Source of the DNA: Minisyncoccota bacterium
Lineage (GTDB): Bacteria > Patescibacteriota > Minisyncoccia > Phycocordibacterales > UBA918
Length of the DNA: 64,000 bases
Direction: 5' to 3'
NCBI GenBank assembly: GCA_041688155.1
Contig: JBDNIW010000001.1
Span: forward strand, 7,319 to 71,318
Shown here: positions 10,250-19,369 of the stretch, one piece after another
Layout: every line of letters begins with the position of its first letter
Numbering within the stretch: position 1 is the stretch's first letter
Position numbers and translations under genes: made by a program
The notes under the pieces: generated by a model
Database searches by the model: none
What the model was told of the DNA's origin: nothing
Seen by the model: only the letters and a program-made list of their open reading frames with translations

Positions 10250-10508
10250 ACTTTTTGCGGAAGGCTGGTAGTTTTTTATGGAATTCTTCTATGCTGCCAA
10301 ATGTAATGTAGCGACCGTGTTTTATATCTTCACGACTCTCGCGAATAGCCTCAGCCAACTCAGGCGGCAGTGACACTTCCGGTTGCACAAAAAACCCACC
10401 ATCGCGCTGTTCAATCCGCAGGGTTTGCCCTTCTTCTAAATGCAGTGCATCTCGGAGTTTCTTGGGGAGGGTGAGGACGCCACGCTGTTGTAATTTAACT
10501 GTAGTCAT
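10239..10508 (-). CDS. AbrB/MazE-type antitoxin
   Basis: RGVLTLPKKLRDALHLEEG swapped-hairpin signature. Confidence 0.8.
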   Translation of the reverse strand: MTTVKLQQRGVLTLPKKLRDALHLEEGQTLRIEQRDGGFFVQPEVSLPPELAEAIRESREDIKHGRYITFGSIEEFHKKLPAFRKKYGD

Positions 10509-10598
10509 ATAGTAAATAATAGCAGAAATACTGAATTACTGCAATTACGTCAGGTCGCTATTATTTCTAATTATAGCGGCTTCGCGTACAATACCCCT

Positions 10599-11303
10599 AT
10601 GCTCAAACTCTATTTTGGAACTGACAGACAAAAAGTTCGTGATGCTGCAACTAACTTTTTGGAGTCACATATGTCATCTGACGGAACAGTGACTACCTTC
10701 GACGCTCAGTCGTTTGTCTCTGGGCAGATTGCTGATGCCCTTGGAGCTGCATCTCTCTTTGGGGGAGAGGAATGGTTTGTGATTGATACCCCAGCGGCTG
10801 ATTCCGATATGGCACAGGAAGTGACCAGCTCACTCAAAGAGATGAGTGAGTCACAAAATACGTTTCTGATTTTAGAGGGAGCACTGCTGGCTCCAGCCAA
10901 AAAATCGTATGCAAAGCATGCCGCCAGTAGTGAAGAATTCACTGCCGCCAAAAATGAGCGGTTCAACACCTTCGCGATGGCCGATGCCTTAGCACAGAAA
11001 GACCGGCGTCAGCTGTGGGTGCTGCTCCAAAACGCCAAGCGTGAAGGTTTGGCCGCCGAGGAAATCATCGGCATGTTGTGGTGGCAGCTCAAGGCCCTTC
11101 GATTGGCAGATGTCACCAGCAACGCCGCTCAAGCGGGGATGAAAGACTTTCCCTACAACAAAGCCAAACGATCATTAGTCAAATTCGCACCCGGTGAGGT
11201 GATCAAAAATTCCCACACCCTCCTCGAGTTGTATCACGACGGACACGCTGGGCTGCGTGATATTGATCTAGCGCTAGAGCAGTGGGTGTTAGGTGGGCGA
11301 TGA
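10599..11303 (+). CDS. holA: DNA polymerase III delta subunit (short HolA-like)
   Basis: LYFGTD, SLFG, C-terminal helical domain with FPYNKAK and LALEQWVL. Confidence 0.7.
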   Translation: MLKLYFGTDRQKVRDAATNFLESHMSSDGTVTTFDAQSFVSGQIADALGAASLFGGEEWFVIDTPAADSDMAQEVTSSLKEMSESQNTFLILEGALLAPAKKSYAKHAASSEEFTAAKNERFNTFAMADALAQKDRRQLWVLLQNAKREGLAAEEIIGMLWWQLKALRLADVTSNAAQAGMKDFPYNKAKRSLVKFAPGEVIKNSHTLLELYHDGHAGLRDIDLALEQWVLGGR

Positions 11304-12012
11304 TATAGTTAATCGTATGAAGAGACTCGCGCAAAAATTATTTACTGATCAACCAGGAAAAACTCATCACTTGGTGAACGATTTTTTTGCGCTGCTGACG
11401 ATTGTATCGATTGTGTCGTTGGTACTTGAAACGGTACCAGGGCTAGTAGCGTACGAGCGGACCTTTTTCATCATTGAGTGGGTCGCGGTGTCGTTCTTTA
11501 CCATCGAATACATCGGCCGGACGCTGGCCTCGAAACCAGTCTGGCGCTACCCAACCAGTTTCTTTGGGTACATTGACCTGATATCTATCCTGCCTACTTT
11601 TTTAGGGTTAGGAAACTTTACCTGGCTCAAGTCGGCCCGGGCGTTGCGAATCATCAGACTACTGCGGATGCTCCGGTTAGCAAAAGTTTTGCGTACTGGG
11701 GTGAGTGAAGACAGCATGGGCGTGTTGTCTTTAAACGTACTGATTTATTTTGTCGTACTGACGTTTGCGTTGTTGGTAACAGGCACTGCGATGTATTTGG
11801 TCGAGCCAACCACAGCCGCGTTTGTGAGTATTCCCGCTGGGATGTGGTGGTCGCTGAAAGTGTTCATGGCCGGGATTCCGGTGGTCGAGCCGGTGACGCA
11901 ACTGGGAGAATTTTTCTTCGTACTGACGCGGTTTGTGGGGTTGATGTTGTTGGGGTTGCTGATTGGAGTGGTGGGGAATGTGTTTCGGGGGTTGTTGGGA
12001 GGGAGGGGGTAA
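11293..12012 (+). CDS. Ion transporter (6TM voltage-gated channel fold)
   Basis: IDLISILP, S4-like RALRIIRLLRMLRLAK, SIPAGMWW pore helix. Confidence 0.8.
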   Translation: MGDDIVNRMKRLAQKLFTDQPGKTHHLVNDFFALLTIVSIVSLVLETVPGLVAYERTFFIIEWVAVSFFTIEYIGRTLASKPVWRYPTSFFGYIDLISILPTFLGLGNFTWLKSARALRIIRLLRMLRLAKVLRTGVSEDSMGVLSLNVLIYFVVLTFALLVTGTAMYLVEPTTAAFVSIPAGMWWSLKVFMAGIPVVEPVTQLGEFFFVLTRFVGLMLLGLLIGVVGNVFRGLLGGRG

Positions 12013-12052
12013 TTACAGCCATTAACTCGTTATGCTGTTAGGTGCAGCGCTA

Positions 12053-12451
12053 GTGGTTCCAGATCGCTAACTATAATTCTGCACTTCGCGTAGATTCTAG
12101 AAAGCCTTCGGGGCTATCAACTTTCCTTCAAGGGGTCTCGGTCCTTACAGGACCAGTATACCTTTTGGATATATTTTCCTTTCAGGCAAATCTATCGCAA
12201 AAGCTTTTCGAGCCCTAAACGAAAGTCTCCCAGACTTTCGATTCAGGCGCACAAACAAAAAATCCCCACAGGGATTTTTTTGTTGTACGCCTTCAAGGGG
12301 TCTCTCTCGTTACACGAGCAGTATCCACCCTGGACGGTTTGTTCACATTCGCTCCAAACCGCCTCAGTGCGGCTTCGAGCCCTCCGTAAAGTCCCCCGGA
12401 CTTTACTTGAAGGCGCACAAACAAAAAATCCTCATAGGGATTCTTTTGTTG
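12053..12451 (-). repeat. tRNA-Lys trailer array: two units of 165-166 nt plus a distal motif
   Basis: CCTTCAAGGG at 12125, 12290 and 12456 (tRNA); inverted copies TTCGAGCCCT...AGGCGCAC in each unit. Confidence 0.85.
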
Positions 12452-12524
12452 TGCGCCTTCAAGGGCTCGAACCTTGGACCATCTCCTTAAAAGGGAGCCG
12501 CTCTACCATCTGAGCTAAAGGCGC
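12452..12524 (-). tRNA. tRNA-Lys(UUU)
   Basis: GCGCCTTTAGCTCAG...CTTTTAA loop...GGTTCGAGCCCTTGAAGGCGCA cloverleaf. Confidence 0.93.
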
Positions 12525-12617
12525 ATATTTTGTTATTACTGTAAAAGTGGCAAAACTATAACATTTTGCACTCAAAAATCAAACGATTTCTGTCATCAGT
12601 CTGATACGCTACTAGCA

Positions 12618-13085
12618 ATGAAATATATCATCCTTGAAAATATCCGCAGCGCCTACAACGTCGGGGCTATTTTCCGGACTGCTGATGGAGCTGGGGTGAG
12701 CAAAATATACTTGGTTGGGTATACTCCTAGCCCGATTGATCGGTTTGGTCGAGTACAGCCCGAGATTCTTAAAACGTCATTGGGAGCGAGTGCAGAGATC
12801 GAGTGGGAACACGTATCTATCAGCAAAGAGCTGATTATTCGACTACAGTCAGCTGGATGCGATGTAGTTGCGGTAGAGCAAGACCCGCGCTCAATCACAA
12901 TCGTTGATTTTGTTGCTCCAGCACACGTGGCGTACATCATGGGTAATGAAGTGGTGGGGGTGGAATCAGACACACTGCAGTTGTGCGACACAATCATTGA
13001 TCTCCCGATGCATGGACACAAAGAATCGCTGAATGTTTCGGTCGCTGCTGGTATAGTTATGTATCATGACGTCCTTTATAGGTAA
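12618..13085 (+). CDS. TrmH/SpoU family RNA methyltransferase
   Basis: NIRSAYNVGAIFRT, GNEVVGV, ESLNVSVA SPOUT motifs. Confidence 0.92.
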   Translation: MKYIILENIRSAYNVGAIFRTADGAGVSKIYLVGYTPSPIDRFGRVQPEILKTSLGASAEIEWEHVSISKELIIRLQSAGCDVVAVEQDPRSITIVDFVAPAHVAYIMGNEVVGVESDTLQLCDTIIDLPMHGHKESLNVSVAAGIVMYHDVLYR

Positions 13086-14568
13086 TTGGTTAGTGCAGTG
13101 GTTCTTTGCCGGCTTACTGCTTGGAGCTGGGTTTGTGTGGCCGGTGTTTTGGTGGTTGGGATTAGTTGGGGTTACGCGTTTGATTTATTTGGCGATACAT
13201 GAGCCATCATGGCGCCGGGTGTTGATCGGGTCGCTACTGGCGTGGACCAGTAAGTCAGCCTTGTCTTTGTCGTGGTTTTGGAGCGTGTTTCCGATTGCCT
13301 GGCTGACGGTTGGTTCTGATTGGTTGCAATTACTATTGATTTTGGTGTGGTGGCTGACGGCCGCACTGTGGCTGGGTGCGGGCGGAGTGATGTTTGGCTC
13401 GGCAGTCAAGTTGCTACAGTTGTACGTACCAGCGGCCTGGTTGTATGCCGGTTTACCACTCTTGTGGCTGGCAGCTGAGTTGTTTGGGTCGTTAGTTTTT
13501 TCTATAGTAACTATTGGGTCTGGCGGGTCTGTTACAACTGCGTTTAGTTTTGGGTACATTGGGTATTTACTGGTTGGGCACGACTGGTTGGTGCAGGTTG
13601 CGCAATGGGGTGGAGTATACGCGTTAGGGTTACTTTTGGTATCACTTAGTTCATTGACCATTTGGCTCATTGTAAAGCGGCAAGTAGCTATAAGGTACGT
13701 CGCACTGAGTCTTGGATTATTGGTCTGCACCAGTTTAATTCCCTGGCCACATAATGAACTCACCGGTCAAACCAATACACATACAGTTGTGATTATCGAC
13801 ACAACTTTTACTCCTCAGGATTTAGCCGACGCTGACAGTGCCGCTATGCGTCAAGCAGCTCAAGAAGCAGCGATGCAGGCTGCGTTGGTTCTTGAACCCG
13901 ACTACGTGTTACTTCCCGAAGATGCACGATATTTTAACCAAGTTCAAGCGCCCAGATTGACCCAAGCACAATTCAAATTTAGAACAAACAATCCAGAAGT
14001 AGTGATAGTCGATAGTGGGCGAGTGACAGTGGATGAGCGGGTTGTTTTGCAGTCTTTTGTTTATAATGGTGCGAGTCACACTGTCAATCAGTCACAAAAA
14101 CGCTATTTAGTGCCACAGGGAGAATTTATGCCTTCACTTTATGAAGCTGGACTCAAACTGTTTGGGCACAGTGAAGTGATTGATGCTATTGCAGATACAC
14201 TTGACTACACCGTCGGGACTGACACTAGTCAAGCTGATTTCGCCAGTAGTTCACCGGGGGTATTATTTTGTTTTGAAAGTGTGTCACCGTGGGGAGTGCG
14301 TGCAATTATGCAAGAGCGAGGGAATGTACCGTTTATTGCCCACCCGATTTCGCACGCCTGGTTTAATGAACCACACATATTGTGGCAACAGTTGGACAGC
14401 ATGTTGCGAGTACAAGCAATCTGGAATCAGCAGTACATTGTGAGTGCCGGAAACCATGTGCGGGGATATGCTGTGACTCCAGCTGGCACAATCGTGTATC
14501 CGCAGTCGGTAGCCAGTGGTGATAATTGGCACGTCGGTGTTCTCACCGTACCCAAGGTAGATCGTTAG
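13066..14568 (+). CDS. lnt: Apolipoprotein N-acyltransferase-like protein
   Basis: Multi-TM N-terminus with QWGGVY; nitrilase triad LLPE / KRYLVPQGE / FCFES. Confidence 0.75.
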   Translation: MTSFIGNWLVQWFFAGLLLGAGFVWPVFWWLGLVGVTRLIYLAIHEPSWRRVLIGSLLAWTSKSALSLSWFWSVFPIAWLTVGSDWLQLLLILVWWLTAALWLGAGGVMFGSAVKLLQLYVPAAWLYAGLPLLWLAAELFGSLVFSIVTIGSGGSVTTAFSFGYIGYLLVGHDWLVQVAQWGGVYALGLLLVSLSSLTIWLIVKRQVAIRYVALSLGLLVCTSLIPWPHNELTGQTNTHTVVIIDTTFTPQDLADADSAAMRQAAQEAAMQAALVLEPDYVLLPEDARYFNQVQAPRLTQAQFKFRTNNPEVVIVDSGRVTVDERVVLQSFVYNGASHTVNQSQKRYLVPQGEFMPSLYEAGLKLFGHSEVIDAIADTLDYTVGTDTSQADFASSSPGVLFCFESVSPWGVRAIMQERGNVPFIAHPISHAWFNEPHILWQQLDSMLRVQAIWNQQYIVSAGNHVRGYAVTPAGTIVYPQSVASGDNWHVGVLTVPKVDR

Positions 14569-15569
14569 GGTGTAGTGTAATAAAAACCGTACATGCCAGC
14601 CGCGTCTTTTACTGGCGCGTCAAAAGGATTTAGATACGTGGATTGAATGGTGATTGTACTTAGTGCAGGAACCGTAATTGGCGTCAACGAGAGCGGAATA
14701 TTCCAGCCGGACGGGTTGACTGCTGGCTCAGCAATAAATTGCTCAACGGGTGCATTGTCTAATAGCACAGTGACGTCCTGACCGCCTTTCTGGGGCCAGA
14801 AATTAGCTCCACCAAGAACGATGGTGGTAGAGGAGGTGAATTGGTAGCTGGCACTCGGTTCGTTATTTTCAGCCGTCTTTATAAAATTTGTTTCCACCGA
14901 ACTAGTCGGCACAACGAACGCTTGATGCGGTAGAGGTGGTGTACAAGGACTGTCATCGAGTCGCAAACGAATAAAATCAACTGCTGTGGTATGACTATCA
15001 TCAGTCATGAGTGTCACTACTAGAGTTGGTTCTAACGTGCTGTTGGCAGTGTGTGCACCATGCGGCTCGGCTTGGGGATGAGCCATAAATTCGACGATGA
15101 GTTGTTCGCCAGTGGCGAGAGGAATGCCGTAGGGAGCGGGTAATTTAGTTGGTTCTAGGGTGTGGCGAGACGCTGAGTATATCTCGTGCGCACCTCCGTC
15201 TTTCATAAAATGCCAGGGACAAATGGCCGGAATCCGGCCGACCACACTGACTGATACGTGATGCAAAATCGAACTATCAGCCCCTTCCATAGTCACTTCA
15301 AACCCAGTCACAACAGTGTCTTTCTCTACAGTAATAAGTGGTGAATAAAACCAGTGACTGTTAGGCCCGTCTGGTGTTTCTGGTCCGTCGTTAGTTGGGA
15401 TCATTTTGTGGGTAGCCGGCACCCGAATTGTGATAGCGGTGTCTGAGTGGGTGGGGTTGGTTGGAGTTGCGATTGCAACTCTGGGAGACGTTTGTATCAA
15501 CCCGTAGGCAGTAACTGTTACTGCAATGAGGAATCCGAACAAAATGAGTACTACAATGTTTCGTTTCAT
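14565..15569 (-). CDS. Exported hypothetical protein, possibly copper type II monooxygenase-like fold
   Basis: N-terminal signal/TM; ILHHVS, PYGIPL..G..L, EFMAH pattern. Confidence 0.55.
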   Translation of the reverse strand: MKRNIVVLILFGFLIAVTVTAYGLIQTSPRVAIATPTNPTHSDTAITIRVPATHKMIPTNDGPETPDGPNSHWFYSPLITVEKDTVVTGFEVTMEGADSSILHHVSVSVVGRIPAICPWHFMKDGGAHEIYSASRHTLEPTKLPAPYGIPLATGEQLIVEFMAHPQAEPHGAHTANSTLEPTLVVTLMTDDSHTTAVDFIRLRLDDSPCTPPLPHQAFVVPTSSVETNFIKTAENNEPSASYQFTSSTTIVLGGANFWPQKGGQDVTVLLDNAPVEQFIAEPAVNPSGWNIPLSLTPITVPALSTITIQSTYLNPFDAPVKDAAGMYGFYYTTP

Positions 15570-15591
15570 GGGTTTACTGTATCTTGCTTAA

Positions 15592-16857
15592 TTAGTTCAA
15601 TAACTCTTGAACCGTTGCAGCGTCGCTCCAAGTTTGTTTGGTTCCTTGTGGCCCCATGATGTAAGGATCAGTGCCTTTACCGCTAACCAAAACGTAGCCG
15701 CCGTCTGGACAATCAGCTATCGCGGTTTGGATTGCGGTCCGACGATCCATGATGATTCTGACTGCTGCTTCGGGACTCATGCCGTTTTTCATCGCTTGCA
15801 CGATGGCTAGAGGGTTCTCATCGTAGGGGTCTTCGTTGGTGAGGATAATCTGATCGCAGTATTCCTCGGCGATTACGCCCATCTCGGGTCGCTTCCAGGT
15901 GTCGCGTCCACCACCGGTGTTACCCAGTACTCCAATAATATATTTACCCGCAAATGCCTGGTAGAGCTGCGTGAGTGAGTCTGGGGTGTGGGCGTAGTCA
16001 ACCACCACGGTGATTTTCTTGGGAGCATCAGCTGGTGAGTGAAACTGCTCAACTCGGCCGGCTACTGGTGGCAATTTGGACAAACTCTCGCGGATTGATT
16101 CGAGCGGTACGCCGATAGACCGCGCGTAGGTAATCGCAGCGAGGGTATTGTAGACATTAAACACGCCGACGATGGGCACGCGGATGGTGACGTTATCGAT
16201 AACCATTGTGACGGAGTCTTTTTGTAGAGAGTGCAGTGTGAGGTTGTTGAGACGATAGGGCAGTAGACGCTCCACTTCGTAATTAAGGAAATCCTGCCCG
16301 TGTTGATCGTCGACGTTAGAGACCAAGGTTCGAGGTCGTTTGGTGCTGTTTGCCACGGCGGCCGCCAGCTGCAGTTTGGCGGCTTTGTAGTTGGCAAACG
16401 AACCGTGTGATTCGATATGCTCTGGGGTCAGGTTGGTAAACAGGAGCGCGTCAATCTCAACAAATTTATGCCGAAACTGCTTGGCCCCCTCCGAGGTCAT
16501 CTCAACCACCGCGTGGGTGCAACCAGCGTCGACCGCTTTGCGCAAAAACCGCTGGATAAAAAACATCCCCGGCATGGTCATTTTGAATAAATTGCGTTCG
16601 CGCTCGTCCCCGTAGGTAAACTGAATGGTCGAGAGGGAGGCCGTCTGGTATCCGGCTCCCCGCAAAATTTGCGCGAGGATCTCAGTGGTGGTTGATTTAC
16701 CTTTGGTGCCGGTGATGCCGATAACGGTAATCTCTCGGGATGGGTGTTTAAATTTAATTGCTCCTATATACGCTAGCGCGTAGTGATAAGCCGGTTGAAT
16801 TGCCTTGAATACGCGTTTTGGAATAAATCTTTTTACAGTTTGGCGAAAGTTTTGCAT
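15592..16857 (-). CDS. murE: Mur ligase, MurE-like
   Basis: GITGTKGKST, EMTS, FTNLTPEH, VDYAHTPD, GKG. Confidence 0.88.
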   Translation of the reverse strand: MQNFRQTVKRFIPKRVFKAIQPAYHYALAYIGAIKFKHPSREITVIGITGTKGKSTTTEILAQILRGAGYQTASLSTIQFTYGDERERNLFKMTMPGMFFIQRFLRKAVDAGCTHAVVEMTSEGAKQFRHKFVEIDALLFTNLTPEHIESHGSFANYKAAKLQLAAAVANSTKRPRTLVSNVDDQHGQDFLNYEVERLLPYRLNNLTLHSLQKDSVTMVIDNVTIRVPIVGVFNVYNTLAAITYARSIGVPLESIRESLSKLPPVAGRVEQFHSPADAPKKITVVVDYAHTPDSLTQLYQAFAGKYIIGVLGNTGGGRDTWKRPEMGVIAEEYCDQIILTNEDPYDENPLAIVQAMKNGMSPEAAVRIIMDRRTAIQTAIADCPDGGYVLVSGKGTDPYIMGPQGTKQTWSDAATVQELLN

Positions 16858-16863
16858 AGCTAG

Positions 16864-17436
16864 TTATGGTAATTTTTGTAAGGCTTTGGTGATAATGTCA
16901 TTGACTGAGTTTTCGTCCGTGTTGAGTGATTGCACTGTCGCCCGCGCAGACGCGGCATCGTATCCAAGGGCCACCAGGGCATCAATCGCATCGGTTTGTT
17001 TGGCGTCAAGTGGACTCGATGGGGTGACGTGTTCGGCCAATTCACCGAGTTTCTCATGTAGATGGTTCACCACGTTTTCGCAGGTTTTCTTGCCGATGCC
17101 AGACAACTTTTGGAGTTGGGCTGGTTCCTTGTTGGCAATCTGCTCAATCAACAGAGTAGGGCTAGCTTGGCACATGATGGCTAGGGCGGATTTGGGGCCG
17201 ACTTTAGGCACACTCAGTAGCAACTCGAACAATCGCCGCTCGACACTAGTAGTAAACCCGTATAGATCGAGCGCGGTTTCCCGCACTGCCAGGTACGTAT
17301 GCATCATCGCCTCGGCCCCCTGAGTGTGAATCGTAGTGTGGGTTGGGGTATATATCAAGTACCCAACACCATTGACGTTGAGGATCAGGGCATTGTCTTC
17401 TATGTGGGTAATGGTCCCGGTCAGCTGGCGTATCAT
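16864..17436 (-). CDS. ruvA: Holliday junction DNA-binding protein RuvA
   Basis: VNGVGY, LYGF, VPKVGPK, GIGKK, ALVALGY. Confidence 0.95.
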   Translation of the reverse strand: MIRQLTGTITHIEDNALILNVNGVGYLIYTPTHTTIHTQGAEAMMHTYLAVRETALDLYGFTTSVERRLFELLLSVPKVGPKSALAIMCQASPTLLIEQIANKEPAQLQKLSGIGKKTCENVVNHLHEKLGELAEHVTPSSPLDAKQTDAIDALVALGYDAASARATVQSLNTDENSVNDIITKALQKLP

Positions 17437-17525
17437 GCACCTATTATACTAGATGTGGCCATTTGGAAACCCCTTGCCTTTTAGATATCAATACGGTACA
17501 GTACGCCCACTTTAGAGAAATATAT

Positions 17526-17792
17526 ATGCCAATCACTACCGGAGCCAAAAAAGCCTTACGAGCCTCAGAACGCAAAAAAGTGTTCAATATTCGTCGTAAG
17601 TCAACCATGAAAGACGTCACCAAAGCGGTCGACAAAGCCGTCCTAGCAGGAGACACCAAAGCGGCTGAAGCGCTGCTACCCGCAGCCTACAAAGCCATCG
17701 ACAAAGCCGCCAAGCGAGGGGTAATCAAGGAAAACACCGCCGCCCGAAAGAAGTCACGACTGACCGCGAGGATTGTCAAGGCGAAGGCCTAA
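17526..17792 (+). CDS. rpsT: 30S ribosomal protein S20
   Basis: AKKALRASERK, IDKAAKRGVIKENTAARKKSRL. Confidence 0.96.
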   Translation: MPITTGAKKALRASERKKVFNIRRKSTMKDVTKAVDKAVLAGDTKAAEALLPAAYKAIDKAAKRGVIKENTAARKKSRLTARIVKAKA

Positions 17793-17805
17793 CTAGTTAC
17801 GCAGC

Positions 17806-17850
17806 GAGTAACAACAAAACCGACCCACTGGGTCGGTTTTGTTGTTACTC
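17806..17850. terminator. Bidirectional intrinsic terminator
   Basis: GAGTAACAACAAAACCGACCCA / TGGGTCGGTTTTGTTGTTACTC inverted repeat. Confidence 0.8.
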
Positions 17851-17872
17851 TGACTTCTGACGAAGTCCGTTT

Positions 17873-18048
17873 GTGCGCAGGGAGAGGGATTCGGTCAGAA
17901 ACAAATTTCTTTGCAATTTTTCATGATACTGACTCGCTTAGTCGTACTCGCCTACGCTCCGTGCGACATTACTGCGTCTCCCGAATCCCTTACCCTCCCG
18001 CACGAAATACGACAAAACCTAAAGACACGCTTTAGGTTTTGATATTTG
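17873..18048 (-). repeat. tRNA-Ser trailer unit
   Basis: Direct copy of tRNA 3' end at 17873-17894 and inverted copy at 17981-18003. Confidence 0.75.
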
Positions 18049-18133
18049 CGGAGAGAGAGGGATTCGAACCCTCGGTACCTTGCGGTACGCTGGTTTTCAA
18101 AACCAGTGCAATCGACCACTCTGCCATCTCTCC
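18049..18133 (-). tRNA. tRNA-Ser(UGA)
   Basis: GGAGAGATGGCAGAGTGG...TTTGAAA loop, long variable arm, GGTTCGAATCC. Confidence 0.95.
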
Positions 18134-18196
18134 GAGTGTTTGTCAAGTTTAGGTGTGTTTTACCTCAGCTTGGTAGGTGATATCATACCAGAAATA

Positions 18197-18646
18197 TTAT
18201 TTTTTCATATAGTGTTCGCTGGTATGGCAATTTGGACATAATAACTCTAGATTATTTAAATTATTATTATCCCGGTTACGATCGATATGATGCACTTGCA
18301 GTATTTCGTATACATTATATTGGCAACGCTGACATAGGCTGCCTCGTTCTTTCATTAATCTCTTTTTTAGGATTCGACTAGTCACCACTTTATCTTTTGA
18401 CGGTCTGCGAGTTTTATATTTTATTCCAATACGACTTTTGTTAGCGCAGCTACGACTACAGGTCTGTTTATTGGCACCTGACAACATCGGTGTTTTGCAT
18501 ACTAAACAAGGTATTTCTTGCCGACACGAAATGCCGTAACAGGCTTGGCTACAGTAGGCTTTGCCATTGTTCTGTATCAGAACTCCTGGTCGGCGATAGA
18601 TTGGTGTCTGACATATAATACAAGTTGTGTTTGGATTACGTTCCAT
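18197..18646 (-). CDS. HNH endonuclease with N-terminal Cys-rich zinc-finger repeats
   Basis: CxxC..CSxxC twice; CQRC, VHHID..N..NLELLCPNCH. Confidence 0.88.
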   Translation of the reverse strand: MERNPNTTCIICQTPIYRRPGVLIQNNGKAYCSQACYGISCRQEIPCLVCKTPMLSGANKQTCSRSCANKSRIGIKYKTRRPSKDKVVTSRILKKRLMKERGSLCQRCQYNVYEILQVHHIDRNRDNNNLNNLELLCPNCHTSEHYMKK

Positions 18647-18739
18647 TTCATAACTATACCACTAATCCAGTAGACCAGCATACACAGAAACGCAATCTAG
18701 CTCGTTCGTCACTAATTTGTTCATGCTACAATTCTAGTA

Positions 18740-19210
18740 ATGGAACCAGCACTTCGCTCTATAACTTGGGAAGCGCCCCAGCACCATCATGTCGAGAAAG
18801 GGAACGACTGGTTTTTTGCGTTGACGATTGTCATTATTGCGCTCGTGGTGGTGGCTGTGTTGTTTGACAACGTATTGTTTGCGCTGTTGATTGGGCTGTC
18901 TGGGGGAGCACTGGCGGTCTCAGCTGCCAAACGCCCAATGATCATCCCCTACGCCATCACCGTTCGGGGGATCCGGATTGAAGATCGTCTGTATCCGTTT
19001 TCTACGCTCGATTCGTACCACATCGATGAAGAAGATCCCCGTGGTCCGCAACTGCTGGTCAAATCTGAAAAAAAGCTGATGCCGCTGATTGTCATGCCGA
19101 TCCCGGCAGAACATATCGACGAGATTGAAGACATTCTCAAAGAACGATTAGTAGAAGAAGAACTTATCGAGCCATTTTTTGTTAAAGTCCTAGAGTTGTT
19201 TGGGTTGTAA
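18740..19210 (+). CDS. Conserved hypothetical membrane protein
   Basis: WEAPQH, two TM helices, PH-like soluble C-terminus. Confidence 0.75.
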   Translation: MEPALRSITWEAPQHHHVEKGNDWFFALTIVIIALVVVAVLFDNVLFALLIGLSGGALAVSAAKRPMIIPYAITVRGIRIEDRLYPFSTLDSYHIDEEDPRGPQLLVKSEKKLMPLIVMPIPAEHIDEIEDILKERLVEEELIEPFFVKVLELFGL

Positions 19211-19297
19211 ATCAAATAGGGCCAGTGTCGACTAGTGCGTATTACAATGTAGAGGTTTGGTAATATATCTTTTTATGCTATATTCTTTGCCGTAAAG

Positions 19298-19369
19298 GCT
19301 CCCATAGTTTAACGGATAAAACACCGGTTTGCGGAATCGGAACTCCAGGTTCGATTCCTGGTGGGAGCA
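19298..19369 (+). tRNA. tRNA-Arg(GCG)
   Basis: GCTCCCATAGTTTAACGGATAAAAC, CCGGT-TTGCGGA-ATCGG, GGTTCGATTCC. Confidence 0.92.
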
